Of a stretch of 64,000 bases of DNA, positions 63,659-64,000 are shown one piece after another. Source of the stretch: Hypanus sabinus (lineage: Eukaryota). The notes under the pieces are model-generated. The model saw only the letters and a list, made by a program, of their open reading frames with translations, was not told where the DNA came from and made no database searches. Position 1 is the first letter of the stretch, and each line of letters starts with the position of its first letter. The stretch spans positions 45,818,001 to 45,882,000 of the forward strand of contig NC_082727.1 in the NCBI RefSeq assembly GCF_030144855.1, read 5' to 3'. The translations under genes and the position numbers were made by a program.

Positions 63659-64000
63659 TAGTGCTTTATCAGAATTTTACTGTATGACATTTTAAAGTTA
63701 AATCCCACAAGTAGTAAGAAACCATGCACAAAATAATTACTTGTTAAAATATTTTATGAGTTATTACTGAATCTGATATTAGAAGTAACAATCATCTAAT
63801 GGCAAAACAGAGCATGGACTAAAAAGACATATATATATATATACACACACTCTTCAGATTCTCAATACAGTATTTTATTTTGTACATAAGCTACAATATT
63901 TCATATTATAATGCAGCATTGTGAAATATCTATATTCAAATAAATTATGATAGAACTAGCTTTAATTATTCAATAATGATTAGATGGTGCAATTTGCAAA

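Noticed and set aside
46092-64000. Canonical PPP2R2D exons 1-2 (…QWCFSQVKGA…VAE)
   Set aside because: Not found by eye. TGG TGT TTC near 56813-56821 continues CLS, not SQV. The exons probably lie beyond the window.

Overview
Eukaryotic, AT-rich vertebrate genomic DNA. The repeat content (CR1, Rex-Babar, Penelope-like, HE1/V-SINE, SacSINE-like, Tc1, Tigger, hAT-Charlie) points to a cartilaginous fish, probably a ray or shark; this is inference. The one secure gene is PPP2R2D (PP2A regulatory subunit B55-delta) on the minus strand: eight canonical coding exons at 46091-22565 with exact splice sites. The intron at 29849-28945 is a minor-spliceosome (U12) GT-AG intron. The canonical 5' exons (…WCFSQVKG…) were not found and probably lie beyond 64000. 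The main find is an exon at 50770-50680, absent from the ORF track, encoding MKCFPCNFSQVFKTSTSGTNSLMSTSSFDQ. It splices in phase to exon 3, giving a complete 450-aa ORF, and resembles the mitochondria-targeting Bbeta2 N-terminus of the paralogue PPP2R2B (MKCFSRYLPYIF…). The rest is mostly transposon debris: a Penelope copy with TSD and a minimal hammerhead ribozyme, a full-length decayed IR/DR Tc1, solo LTRs and multi-layer nested insertions. There is also a speculative chain of small in-frame exons downstream of PPP2R2D.
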